Below are positions 38,324 to 47,567 of a stretch of DNA of 64,000 bases, piece by piece. Within the stretch, counting starts at the first letter, position 1. Every line of letters starts with the position of its first letter. The DNA comes from Thermodesulfobacteriota bacterium (lineage in GTDB: Bacteria; Desulfobacterota_D; UBA1144; Nemesobacterales; Nemesobacteraceae): the NCBI GenBank assembly GCA_965208155.1, contig OZ242322.1, forward strand, positions 9,774 to 73,773, in the 5' to 3' direction. A program made the position numbers and the translations under genes. The notes beneath the pieces are model-generated. The model made no database searches. It was not told the origin of the DNA and saw only the letters and a program-made list of their open reading frames with translations.

Positions 38324-40066
38324 TTATCTGGGTAAATAGTGTGGATAAACCGGTATCTCGCCCTGTATATATCTCGCAAGAAGCCGTGCCTGAACATTTA
38401 TCAAACGTCGCATTGAAACTTGGTAACCAAAAAGCGGGTGCGTAGTTTGCTGGTCCATTCGACGTTCGAAAACAGCAATAAATGCTTTGCGACCACTTGG
38501 CTTGAGTGCGCAAGCTGGCCCATTAAAAATAAAATCATTTGGTTTTATCTCTTTATTGTTTATTGCCTGAATTACACAAGAGTCGGCAACAATCGGACGG
38601 AAAGGCTCCATCAAATCAAGAGCCAGGGCAGGTCGGCCATAACGAGGACGATGATAAAACCCCATATATGGGTCTAACCCTGTTGCCGAGATTGATGTTG
38701 TAAGTGTCCTTGTAAGCAAGGCATAAGCGAGCGAAAGCATTGCATTTACTGGATCCGTAGGTGGACGACGATTACGCGTGGAGAAAGAAAGAGTCGGCAG
38801 GTTTTGATTTTTATGCTTGGCTATCATTTTGTCAAAATGGGAAAAATAGACCGAGGCCGCTTCACCTTCAATTCCCAGCAACTGCTGAATGTCGGCGTTA
38901 TTCATAGCTGACGCACGTCGGGCAGTGCGTTTCAACTTCGACATTATTTCATCCTTGGTTGTATAGTCTTTTTCCGTACGCCAGTTGCGCCGTAGCATAG
39001 TACGTGAGTTCTGTATCTTGGCTACCACTAAATCACGGGAAAATGCAGCACATTTGTACTTTTCGAAGGCAAAGCGGTATTGAGCTTCTCGTACGCCCAC
39101 ATTTTTGCTGCCAGTTCCCACAGTATGGCCAAGGAACCACCCTCCAGTGGAAAACCATGATACAGAAATTTCACTGTTCATAAGAGTATGTAACGCAGGA
39201 GTAGAAACCGACACGGGCCCAAACAGGACAACCTGTGAAACATCAATAATCGGAATTTCTGTAGCATTTTTTGAGGTTTTATCATCTTTTTCTTCACGGG
39301 TTTCCACTATCAACGTGTCTCCGCTTTTACGCAGTCTGGCACCGGGAGTTTGTATGTAAAGAGGTAGCGCGGGATCGTCAGACGGATTCAGGGGGCGGAC
39401 AGAGTATTTTTTCTTGAACAGGTTTGTTTCATCCGGCAGACATATACCCGCGAGTGAACAGCGCGGACATTTAGGGCTGTTTTCCAGAGGAGGTGGCCTC
39501 TGACCTGAAGATGCAGCCTCTCTCAGGCCATATATGGCACTAATGGTCTTAGCTCGCAGTTCCTCATCCAGAATGACCGGTACTTTCTCCCGGGATCCGA
39601 CATACCAGAGAGCACCTTGTGAGACTTTGTATCCGTTGTCTTCAAGGATCATCGCCTGAGTACAGACTTGAACACGTTCGGGGTCGTAAGCTCCTTTCTG
39701 AACATGGGGACGTTTGCCTTTCTTGAAATCCACCGGCATCACCATATCTCCGCTTGTTTCGACAACATCCATTTTCGCAATAATACCCAGACGTTCCGAC
39801 GACAAAGTAACAGAACGACTTTTGGACATTTCTTCACCTATATCATCTGGAGACGGAAGAGGTTCTACTTCTCTGTCAACTCGCGCATGAGCATTTTTTC
39901 CCTGAACGGTGTCTTCGCTGTCAGCCCATTCACCCTCTACCCATTCAAGATAGGCAAGTCTGGGGCAGTAAGCCCATTCATTTACCATGCGTGCCGGAAT
40001 CAGAGGAGTATCTTTATCAGCAGGCTTTGGAGGAAGGGGCAAGGGAATCTGGTTGTGTCGATTCAT
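38324..40066 (-). CDS. cas1: Cas4-Cas1 fusion protein
   Basis: The N-terminal Cas4 part has NEWAYCPRLAYLEW, the nuclease motif MDVVE...VDFKKGK, and a Cys cluster CPRCSLAGIC. The C-terminal Cas1 part has LLGIEGEAASVYF, NRRPPTDPVNAMLSLAYALL and GFYHRPRYGRPALALDLMEPFRP. Confidence 0.9.
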   Translation of the reverse strand: MNRHNQIPLPLPPKPADKDTPLIPARMVNEWAYCPRLAYLEWVEGEWADSEDTVQGKNAHARVDREVEPLPSPDDIGEEMSKSRSVTLSSERLGIIAKMDVVETSGDMVMPVDFKKGKRPHVQKGAYDPERVQVCTQAMILEDNGYKVSQGALWYVGSREKVPVILDEELRAKTISAIYGLREAASSGQRPPPLENSPKCPRCSLAGICLPDETNLFKKKYSVRPLNPSDDPALPLYIQTPGARLRKSGDTLIVETREEKDDKTSKNATEIPIIDVSQVVLFGPVSVSTPALHTLMNSEISVSWFSTGGWFLGHTVGTGSKNVGVREAQYRFAFEKYKCAAFSRDLVVAKIQNSRTMLRRNWRTEKDYTTKDEIMSKLKRTARRASAMNNADIQQLLGIEGEAASVYFSHFDKMIAKHKNQNLPTLSFSTRNRRPPTDPVNAMLSLAYALLTRTLTTSISATGLDPYMGFYHRPRYGRPALALDLMEPFRPIVADSCVIQAINNKEIKPNDFIFNGPACALKPSGRKAFIAVFERRMDQQTTHPLFGYQVSMRRLINVQARLLARYIQGEIPVYPHYLPR

Positions 40067-40129
40067 GCTGTTGATTCGATAAATTCTGATCAGGTTTCGA
40101 GTTGCTTAACTGTTTTTTCTTTCTTGTTT

Positions 40130-41791
40130 TTACAAATCAGCAGATAATGCACGTTCAAATAGTCCAAGACCAAAATGACATGCAAATCCAAGTGATATCG
40201 GACCAGTAATTGCCTCAGGGAAATTCAAACGCAGGAATGTTCCTTGCGTATCTGTCTGTTTTTCTCCCCGCCGAGATCGGAATCGGTGAAAATTGCTTGT
40301 GTGACGAACAGTATCACCGATAGAAATACTTTGCATGATTTCAACCTGAACGCCGTCCACAAGAGACTCGCAAATTATCTTACGTCGCTTCAAAAGCCTT
40401 TTCACTTCACCTGCGTACCCGCTGTTTTTCTTTAAATGTCCGGTTGCAAGAAATGGTGTGGAACTCACCCAAACCCGTGACATGCCGAATATTCTGGATG
40501 AATTCGAAAAGTCTTGAGGGTTTCCAAAACTCTCAAGCGCCAAGCACCACTCACAGAAACCAGAACCATTTTTATTTGCTGAACCCTGATTAGTCCATAA
40601 ACGCGTAATCCGGTCAAGTCGGCTCCTGACATCATCATCTAAGCCCTCTGGAGCATAGACTGTAATATGGTCAATACATCCGTCTCCATCTGTATCCTCA
40701 GGAAGCCAGAATGCATGCGAATGCGAAGAGTTACGCAGTGGTTTTCCATCAATATCGCGTCCTGAAATTACCGATGGCGCCTTCGGTTTCCTGTGACCAG
40801 TTGATCCAACGGTTTCCCACCCGAACTTGGATAGTGCCGCAAGACGCATGAGCTCGCCGACTTTAACCACATCCTCAATTTGTGGTAACGGCCAGCCAGC
40901 TAAAAGATAACGCGCAACCGTGTATCTGTTTTGGGTTTTGATGTTCTTGTGACAGCTAGCAGAAGACTGTCTAGCAGAAGACAAACACAACTCTCCGGGA
41001 AGAAGATATAAAACTTCTCTAGATGCCGGAGGACGGTTCCAGCCATATCTCAGATAATCGTCCGCATCCAGAGCAATCGCGTCGACAAGCAATTCCGGCA
41101 ATGTTGGCCCGAATTTCTGCTCCTGTTTTTTTTCAAGAATTTTGCCGGTTGGAGTTTTTTTTTGAGAAGCTTCCGCTTCGTCATGTAATCGTTTTTCAAA
41201 CTCTGTCATTAAACGCATGCGTTCTGCGGCATAATCGCTTTCACTACGAGGAGCAGCAACCCTTACAAAATTTCCAGTGGTTTTTTCCGTTGTTCCTGTT
41301 ACCGGATAACACATCAGGTCATTTTCTTTAGGAAACCAGTTATTCGTCGCTGTGCAGTCGGCCCAGCTTTCTGTGCGGCCCAGATATCCGATTCCCTTGG
41401 CGAGATGAGAAGCGAATTTGAAAAGATTGGAACTCAGTTCCAAACCAGGCCAGAACGCGATAAGTTTCTCGCCTTTCGGCAATTGCAGAAAGGTGTCAAA
41501 AATTAGGCTTTCCTTGTTTTTCCACAAGGGCATATAGTCGTGTGTTCGTGTATGAACAAGAGCCTTCGGTAACCGGTAGGAAGGCAAAACTTCAACAAGG
41601 ACAGAAATTAGCGCTTTAAGATCGCTTTCCTGCCACAGAGAGTTGTTTCCGTTGCATCTGTAGCTGTTGATCAATGCCCGCAAGATTCGCCATGGTTCAG
41701 GGGGCCAGGGAACTCTAACTTTATCGACATACTCTCCCCATAGTGTCGTATGGTATCTTTTTGCAGGAAATCTGAAAATTAATGCGAACAT
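40130..41791 (-). CDS. csb2: Csb2-family RAMP protein, paralog B (Cas5/Cas6-like, type I-G/I-U)
   Basis: N-terminal FPAKRYHTTLWGEYVDKVRVPWPPEPWRILRALI matches the Csb2 signature as I remember it (RYHATPWG...EWPPSPWRLLRAL). The C-terminus has a glycine-rich loop, CHFGLGLF. Confidence 0.7.
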   Translation of the reverse strand: MFALIFRFPAKRYHTTLWGEYVDKVRVPWPPEPWRILRALINSYRCNGNNSLWQESDLKALISVLVEVLPSYRLPKALVHTRTHDYMPLWKNKESLIFDTFLQLPKGEKLIAFWPGLELSSNLFKFASHLAKGIGYLGRTESWADCTATNNWFPKENDLMCYPVTGTTEKTTGNFVRVAAPRSESDYAAERMRLMTEFEKRLHDEAEASQKKTPTGKILEKKQEQKFGPTLPELLVDAIALDADDYLRYGWNRPPASREVLYLLPGELCLSSARQSSASCHKNIKTQNRYTVARYLLAGWPLPQIEDVVKVGELMRLAALSKFGWETVGSTGHRKPKAPSVISGRDIDGKPLRNSSHSHAFWLPEDTDGDGCIDHITVYAPEGLDDDVRSRLDRITRLWTNQGSANKNGSGFCEWCLALESFGNPQDFSNSSRIFGMSRVWVSSTPFLATGHLKKNSGYAGEVKRLLKRRKIICESLVDGVQVEIMQSISIGDTVRHTSNFHRFRSRRGEKQTDTQGTFLRLNFPEAITGPISLGFACHFGLGLFERALSADL

Positions 41792-42643
41792 TTATGTATT
41801 TTTCCATACCACTTCGGGAGGACCAAAAGTTCCGTAACCTCCCTGTGATGATCTTCGAATTGCTGATTTGAAGACTGTGGTTATCCCCCAAGAACTAAGC
41901 CAATTCTGAAGATTTGTTTCTCCGGGGGGGTCAAAAGATGCGTGCATCAACAAAGATTTAACGGCGTTTGGATATGCTGGTTTGCTCCACAGTGGCCAAG
42001 TGTAATAACCTTCTTTCCAATTTCCATAACATCCAAGTGTAAGAGTTCGATTCCGACCTGCGAATACCTGATACAAGGTCAACCCAAGTATTGCCAAAGC
42101 CTCCGGCCCTGGATTTGTCAACTTTTTTTCTCCTGCTGGGTTGTTTGCAGTTAACGCGTATACTCGGTCATCGCTAACATCCCACATAAAAGAAGGTAAT
42201 TTGCTTGTGTAAGTCCATGGACCCTCAAGACCTTCTATCAGATCAGAGCGGGTTACATGTCTTAGGATTTTCCGTGCCATATCCAAGAACTTTTGTTGTC
42301 CAGCCGTAAAGTATAAGTCTGATGGCTTGGCCACCTGAGAGTTATCTAAGCTACCTTCCGCTACAAGAGCACTGATTAGATAACTGCTAGGGTCGCTTTC
42401 ATTGACGTGAGATAGATATATACGAATGTCTTTTGAGGAAAGCTTAAGCTCGTCAACTTTGGCCAGAACAGTTCCATCAGGGCATTTTGGGTTTAGAGCC
42501 GGACTAGACTCCCACGAGGCAAAAGCTTTTAACGCTTGATCGACTATTCGGTCAACAGAGAAGTTTTTGTCAACAACCGCATGAGGAGTGGTCCCCCTAG
42601 TCCACCAGAGCATAGGCTGCTCAGATTTTGAGGCGAAGATCAC
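41792..42643 (-). CDS. Short Cas8-like (possible Csb3/Cas8g2-type) protein; annotated start is provisional
   Basis: It occupies the large-subunit slot between cas3 and csb2. The frame is open upstream to 42751 and encodes LEGLDGTNPLGFLAALGIQ before the first canonical start (GTG 42643). See the finding on this gene. Confidence 0.45.
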   Translation of the reverse strand: MIFASKSEQPMLWWTRGTTPHAVVDKNFSVDRIVDQALKAFASWESSPALNPKCPDGTVLAKVDELKLSSKDIRIYLSHVNESDPSSYLISALVAEGSLDNSQVAKPSDLYFTAGQQKFLDMARKILRHVTRSDLIEGLEGPWTYTSKLPSFMWDVSDDRVYALTANNPAGEKKLTNPGPEALAILGLTLYQVFAGRNRTLTLGCYGNWKEGYYTWPLWSKPAYPNAVKSLLMHASFDPPGETNLQNWLSSWGITTVFKSAIRRSSQGGYGTFGPPEVVWKNT

Positions 42644-42717
42644 TTGTATGCCAAGAGCGGCTAGAAATCCTAAAGGATTTGTTCCGTCAAGACCTTCTAA
42701 ATATATCCCGTCCGGTG

Positions 42718-45516
42718 TTATTGAAGTTCCTCCTGTGCGCTCTGCTGATGATCAGCAAGACGTAGAATAGTCTCTAACCATGCCACCCCGTAATATCCAT
42801 ATCTTTCTATAAGACGCCAGAAACAATCGGCCATGTCGAGAGCTAATGAACTTTCAACGAAATCAGAACTCACTTCACTCAAAACATATCCATCAATTGT
42901 GTATGAAAGCTTCTGTGGTTCGCAATCCTTAATAATTGGAAGAAGAGGGCGACCCCAGCCGTGATGCGTTCCTATTAGATGTAAAACTAGGTCGGGGTCA
43001 TTCGCTCTTGCAAGAACGTCAGAATTTGATTTAACCATAGCTAAACTCGCTATTTCATGTCGCATTCCTTTCGGATATGTACTAACTCTGGATATGCCAG
43101 GCAGAGATTTAGCTAGAGGATGGTCAAGCATTTCCAAATTCACCGGATCACCACCCACTAATTGATTCTGGAATCGACGATCCACTTTTCCTATGTCGTG
43201 CAGCTGACCAGCTAGATACAGATCTTCAACAATTTCAGCACTACAACCCAATCTCTGAGCAATTTGCATTGCTCGCTTTCCCACATTGCAAAGATGGTCT
43301 TTCAACAGTACACCAGTTCCCGTAAACGCTCCAGATTCGTCAGAACCATCCATAGTTTCTGTCTCTATCAAAAGAGTTCGTTTTGTGAGTCTCTTTTCAC
43401 TTAAAACGTAGTAGCAGGAAGCTTCGTTTTTATTGCCAATACCGACTTGAGTAATTTCAAAGCCATTATTCATCAATTTGCTTGCGGCTTGAGCTACCCA
43501 AGCTTCCGTATCTTCAGGTGCTTCAAGTAGCTCATTAAGTAATTCGGTGATCTTATCCCGTACGTAATAATCCTCAATTAAGATACTTTGGGGATTTGGC
43601 ATGTGTATCAAGTTGGGAAATAGGCGGGAGTCAAGTCGCAAGGTTGCCCTTCTACCATGTTCAAGCTGCGCTACGTCGCCCAAATCAGCAATTGGTTCAA
43701 CTGAAGACGGGTCCCAAGTTCCGCCGCCTAGTCCACCACGGTCCGGTTTCAGAATTAGTATGTCGCCTGGATGAATTTGCTCAATGCGAATCTGTTTGGG
43801 TTCTTCAGCAAACCCTTCCCACCGTACACAACCTTCTATGATATCTGATCCCATCTGATCTGGACTGTTTTTATCTTCTGCAAATGAGTCAACATCCGCT
43901 ACATCTACCTCCAATCCATTTTTCAGCCATGATTTTGCGACATTAATAGGAATCTGTAGAAACTCAGCATTTCTGGGAGGAACAAGAGAAAGTGTTTCTG
44001 AAGACATGTCCCAGCGCCACAAAATATAGACATCTGCATCATGTTTGATATTTATACCGTGAAGAAACCATTCTAAAGGAGGTTGTACAGGTGGTTCAGG
44101 ATTCGTTTGAACCCATGCATCCATGTGCGATCTTAAGAGCAATGGTGCTGAAATTCTTGGTGCTACTGCCTTCTCTGGAAAATTTTGGAGAGACAGTGGT
44201 CCAACATCAATTTCCTTTTGATTGTCCAGCAGAAATTTTAACCTTTCCCATGTTGCCTTAACCGAGTTGCCGTAAATTGGATCGGGCTTTTTGGATTCCA
44301 CAACCGATCTGGGACCAATAATCCAAGCTCGGGCCGGTATTCCTGTTCTGGCAAAGTTCGTGCCTCGTCTATCAAGGCGTCCAAACCTTTGTCGAAGACT
44401 GTCAACTGGTGCACACTCAGTAATTAGAGCGTCAAAACTGAAATCTGCCCCAACCTCAATAGATTGTGTTGCCACTAAGATGGTGAGAGAATCTTCACGT
44501 TCTTCAGCATCAGGATCAATTTTTGTAGAAACACTATTCAGAATCCCAAGACGATCTAGAGGCCTCATACGTCCCGTCAGCATAAAGGGACGAAATCCCG
44601 CTTCCTTAAGCACTCTGTGTGTTTCTCTGGCAGTCCGCACCCTATTAACTATAATCCCTATGGAACGAACATTTCTATCTTTGCTAACCTTGTCTATAGA
44701 CTTGATCTTTTTCAAAGCAGCAGAGGGTATAGAGTCAGAATTTCGAACAGTAATTAGCTCAGCCTTTTTAACCGCATATACGCGTCGGCGCAACTCGTTA
44801 CATTTTTTTAGGTCGGAAGTTTCATCTAAAGTGAATCTATCTGTATTGCTATTGCTGGGAGTAGCGGACATCTCAACTACACTAAACCGTCGTGGTAAAA
44901 ATCTTGGCTTTAGCTTTGACACATTGTCTAAAGTCTCTGCAAATGGAGAGCTAAGATGCACTTCGTCTAGAATAACAAGGCAGTCATTTCCTGCGAGACC
45001 GGCGTGAACAGGGCGCATATTATGTGTCACTCCATAACCCCGAAATAGCAGACGCGAACCGAATTGATCAACTGTGGAAACTATAATCCATGGTTTATCT
45101 GGACTACTTGCCCACTCATTATCAACAGGAATTCCTCCTCTTAACGCAGTGATCCCTAGAGATTCTCCGTCGCTTAGTTTTTTTAATTGTTCTCGGACAT
45201 TTTTTAGAACTAAAGTGTCTGCTGATTCAATCCGTTCTTTAATGCTTTCCGCTCGTTCGTAAACTTGGTCTACGACTATTCGACGATCAATAACAAAAAC
45301 AACTCGACGAGGACACAAATCTGGCCGGATAGCCATTGTAAAAATCGCAGTGTCGAGTACTGCGGTTTTTCCGGTTCCTGTAGGCAAATCAAGAACACGA
45401 GGCCAAGAACAGGATTTTTTGTTAAGTACTTGTTCTGTCAAACGTTTTTGCCATGGAAAGGGTTCGTATCCGTGGACATCTTGAAAAAAGGCTGTAAAAT
45501 CATCGGGCTTCAACAT
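42718..45516 (-). CDS. cas3: Cas3 helicase-nuclease, type I-G/I-U architecture (helicase N-terminal, HD C-terminal)
   Basis: Motifs PFPWQKRL...LDLPTGTGKTAV (Walker A), ILDEVH (DEAH-like), and helicase C (TQSIEVGADFSFD). The HD domain near the C-terminus has LAGQLHDIGKVDRRFQ and LIGTHHGWGRP. Confidence 0.9.
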   Translation of the reverse strand: MLKPDDFTAFFQDVHGYEPFPWQKRLTEQVLNKKSCSWPRVLDLPTGTGKTAVLDTAIFTMAIRPDLCPRRVVFVIDRRIVVDQVYERAESIKERIESADTLVLKNVREQLKKLSDGESLGITALRGGIPVDNEWASSPDKPWIIVSTVDQFGSRLLFRGYGVTHNMRPVHAGLAGNDCLVILDEVHLSSPFAETLDNVSKLKPRFLPRRFSVVEMSATPSNSNTDRFTLDETSDLKKCNELRRRVYAVKKAELITVRNSDSIPSAALKKIKSIDKVSKDRNVRSIGIIVNRVRTARETHRVLKEAGFRPFMLTGRMRPLDRLGILNSVSTKIDPDAEEREDSLTILVATQSIEVGADFSFDALITECAPVDSLRQRFGRLDRRGTNFARTGIPARAWIIGPRSVVESKKPDPIYGNSVKATWERLKFLLDNQKEIDVGPLSLQNFPEKAVAPRISAPLLLRSHMDAWVQTNPEPPVQPPLEWFLHGINIKHDADVYILWRWDMSSETLSLVPPRNAEFLQIPINVAKSWLKNGLEVDVADVDSFAEDKNSPDQMGSDIIEGCVRWEGFAEEPKQIRIEQIHPGDILILKPDRGGLGGGTWDPSSVEPIADLGDVAQLEHGRRATLRLDSRLFPNLIHMPNPQSILIEDYYVRDKITELLNELLEAPEDTEAWVAQAASKLMNNGFEITQVGIGNKNEASCYYVLSEKRLTKRTLLIETETMDGSDESGAFTGTGVLLKDHLCNVGKRAMQIAQRLGCSAEIVEDLYLAGQLHDIGKVDRRFQNQLVGGDPVNLEMLDHPLAKSLPGISRVSTYPKGMRHEIASLAMVKSNSDVLARANDPDLVLHLIGTHHGWGRPLLPIIKDCEPQKLSYTIDGYVLSEVSSDFVESSLALDMADCFWRLIERYGYYGVAWLETILRLADHQQSAQEELQ

Positions 45517-45524
45517 TGCTCTTA

Positions 45525-47534
45525 CTCTAGCGGGAGTTTACCGCCTTCACGCTTGATTTTGCCATAACTAACAAGCCCCTGCCAACTTCAGCAAGTCATA
45601 ACCCCCTGTTTTCATTCAAATCCTGACACTTTTTATCTGTGGGGACATCTCTGTTTTGCGTAAAACTTGTATGACCTAACTACCCGAGGCTACATTAAAG
45701 CCTTTTTATCAATATGTTGACCTGCTCACCACTTGACACCACTATATACATGCTGTATAGTATGCCCTAACATGGCAAGCATTACTAAAAAAATTATCCG
45801 CGGCAAACCCTACTACTACGCAAGAGAATCCGCCAGAATTAACGGCAAACCCAAAATCGTCTGGCAAAAATACCTGGGCAAAGCCGACGACATCATATCC
45901 GGACTCTCAAAACCACCCCTCCCAAAGCAGGTTAATGTCAGGGACTTCGGCGCGGTTGTCGCCCTGCTCGACATTGCACGCAAACTCAGACTCTGTGATC
46001 ATATAGACTACCATGTTCCAAAACGAACCTCTCCCTCCGTGGGAACCTATCTGCTTGCCTCCATCATTAACCGCTGCGTAGCTCCGAGTTCCAAAGCCGC
46101 TACCGCGCGGTGGTTTGCAAATACCGTGCTTGAGCAATTCATCGACATTGAACCCCGACAGCTCACAAGCCAGCGTTTCTGGGACAATATGGACCGCGTA
46201 TCCCCTGAAGCTATTTCCTCAATTGAGCGTGATGTTGTCTCGGAGATGGTAAAGCTTTTTGATGTAGACCTCTCCCAGGTGCTGTTTGACGCAACCAATT
46301 TCTTCACCTTCATAAACAGCTTTAACGATCGCTGTACTCTGGCCCAGCGGGGACACAGCAAGGAAGGACGCAAGTCTCTGCGCATTGTAGGACTTGCTCT
46401 GCTGGTAAGCGCTGACGGACCACTTCCTCTTCTGCATAACACCTATCCCGGAAACCAGACGGACGCTCCCATGTTTCGAGGAGTTGCGGATTCTCTGGTA
46501 CAGCGTTACCAGGAGATTGCGCAAGAGACAGAAGATGTGACGATAGTATTTGACAAGGGTAACAATGCCCGCGACAACCTTGAGGCCGTAAACAAGAGTC
46601 CTTACCACGTAATTGGTTCTCTGGTGCCCACGCATTACCCGGAACTGCTTGCTGTTCCCGAGAGTAAGCTTGCAGAAATCAAAGGCATTGACGGAGTCAA
46701 GGCATGGCGTAGCAGGCATGATGTGCTGGGAGTGGAGCAGACTGTGCTCGTTACCTGGAACAAGAAGCTGTATGACTCGCAGGTAAAGACCCTTTTGCGT
46801 GAGATAGTCAAACGGCGCAAGTTGTTGAGAGAACTTGGCAATCGCCTGCGCAGATGGCGTTCGGGACAGATCACAGCGGGGCGTCGGCCAACTGTCGCTG
46901 GTACAAAGAAAAAAGTTGAGAAATGGCTCAAGGCTCGTCACATGAAAGATCTGTTCCGGGTTGATATTACGGAGACTGACGGATTCACCACACTTCACTA
47001 CAGGTTCAACAAGTCCGAATGGGAGCGTCTGCAGTCAACTCTTCTGGGGAAGACCTTGATCTTTACTGACAATCATCACTGGAGTGATGAGGAGATTGTA
47101 CGAGGTTACAGGGCTCAATATCACGTTGAGAGCGCATTCAGGGAGATGAAGAATGTTCATCATATAGCGCTTCGTCCTCAATATCATTGGACTGACCAGA
47201 AGATCAGGGTTCATATTTTGTGCTGTGTACTCGCTTTCATGCTGTGCAGTCTTCTGAGGCGGGAGGTCAGTCGCCACGGGCTGGAGATGTCAACTCATGA
47301 GATACTTGAGCAGCTTGGCTGTATTCGGGAGGTTGTGTTGTTTTATCCGCCTTCAAAGTGGTGTAAGGAGCCTCAGCTGCATAAAACGCATACGCAGATG
47401 AATCAATCTCAGCAGGCACTCTACGATGCTCTTGATCTGGGAAAATACATGGCCTCGTAGGTCATACGGAATCCAGCCATTTACAAAGTGAAATCAGCCA
47501 GTTAGAAAATTAATGCGGTAAACTCCCGCTAGAG
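45525..47534 (+). mobile_element. IS1634/IS4-like insertion sequence (2010 bp) between csb2 and cas3
   Basis: Perfect 20-bp terminal inverted repeats: CTCTAGCGGGAGTTTACCGC (45525..45544) and its complement at 47515..47534. There is a subterminal inverted pair: GTATGACCTA..CGAGGC at 45669..45690 and its complement at 47452..47467. The target duplication is not clearly resolved. Confidence 0.85.
45733..47460 (+). CDS. IS1634-family (IS4 superfamily) transposase
   Basis: N-terminal ITKKIIRGKPYYYARESARINGKPKIVWQKYLGK is typical of IS1634-type transposases. DDE region VFDKGNN ... YRAQYHVESAFREMK. The probable start is MASITKK at 45772, preceded by TTGACA-17 nt-TATAGT. Confidence 0.85.
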   Translation: MTPLYTCCIVCPNMASITKKIIRGKPYYYARESARINGKPKIVWQKYLGKADDIISGLSKPPLPKQVNVRDFGAVVALLDIARKLRLCDHIDYHVPKRTSPSVGTYLLASIINRCVAPSSKAATARWFANTVLEQFIDIEPRQLTSQRFWDNMDRVSPEAISSIERDVVSEMVKLFDVDLSQVLFDATNFFTFINSFNDRCTLAQRGHSKEGRKSLRIVGLALLVSADGPLPLLHNTYPGNQTDAPMFRGVADSLVQRYQEIAQETEDVTIVFDKGNNARDNLEAVNKSPYHVIGSLVPTHYPELLAVPESKLAEIKGIDGVKAWRSRHDVLGVEQTVLVTWNKKLYDSQVKTLLREIVKRRKLLRELGNRLRRWRSGQITAGRRPTVAGTKKKVEKWLKARHMKDLFRVDITETDGFTTLHYRFNKSEWERLQSTLLGKTLIFTDNHHWSDEEIVRGYRAQYHVESAFREMKNVHHIALRPQYHWTDQKIRVHILCCVLAFMLCSLLRREVSRHGLEMSTHEILEQLGCIREVVLFYPPSKWCKEPQLHKTHTQMNQSQQALYDALDLGKYMAS

Positions 47535-47567
47535 GTCTTCTATTGTCTAATTATAATGCCACTACTT

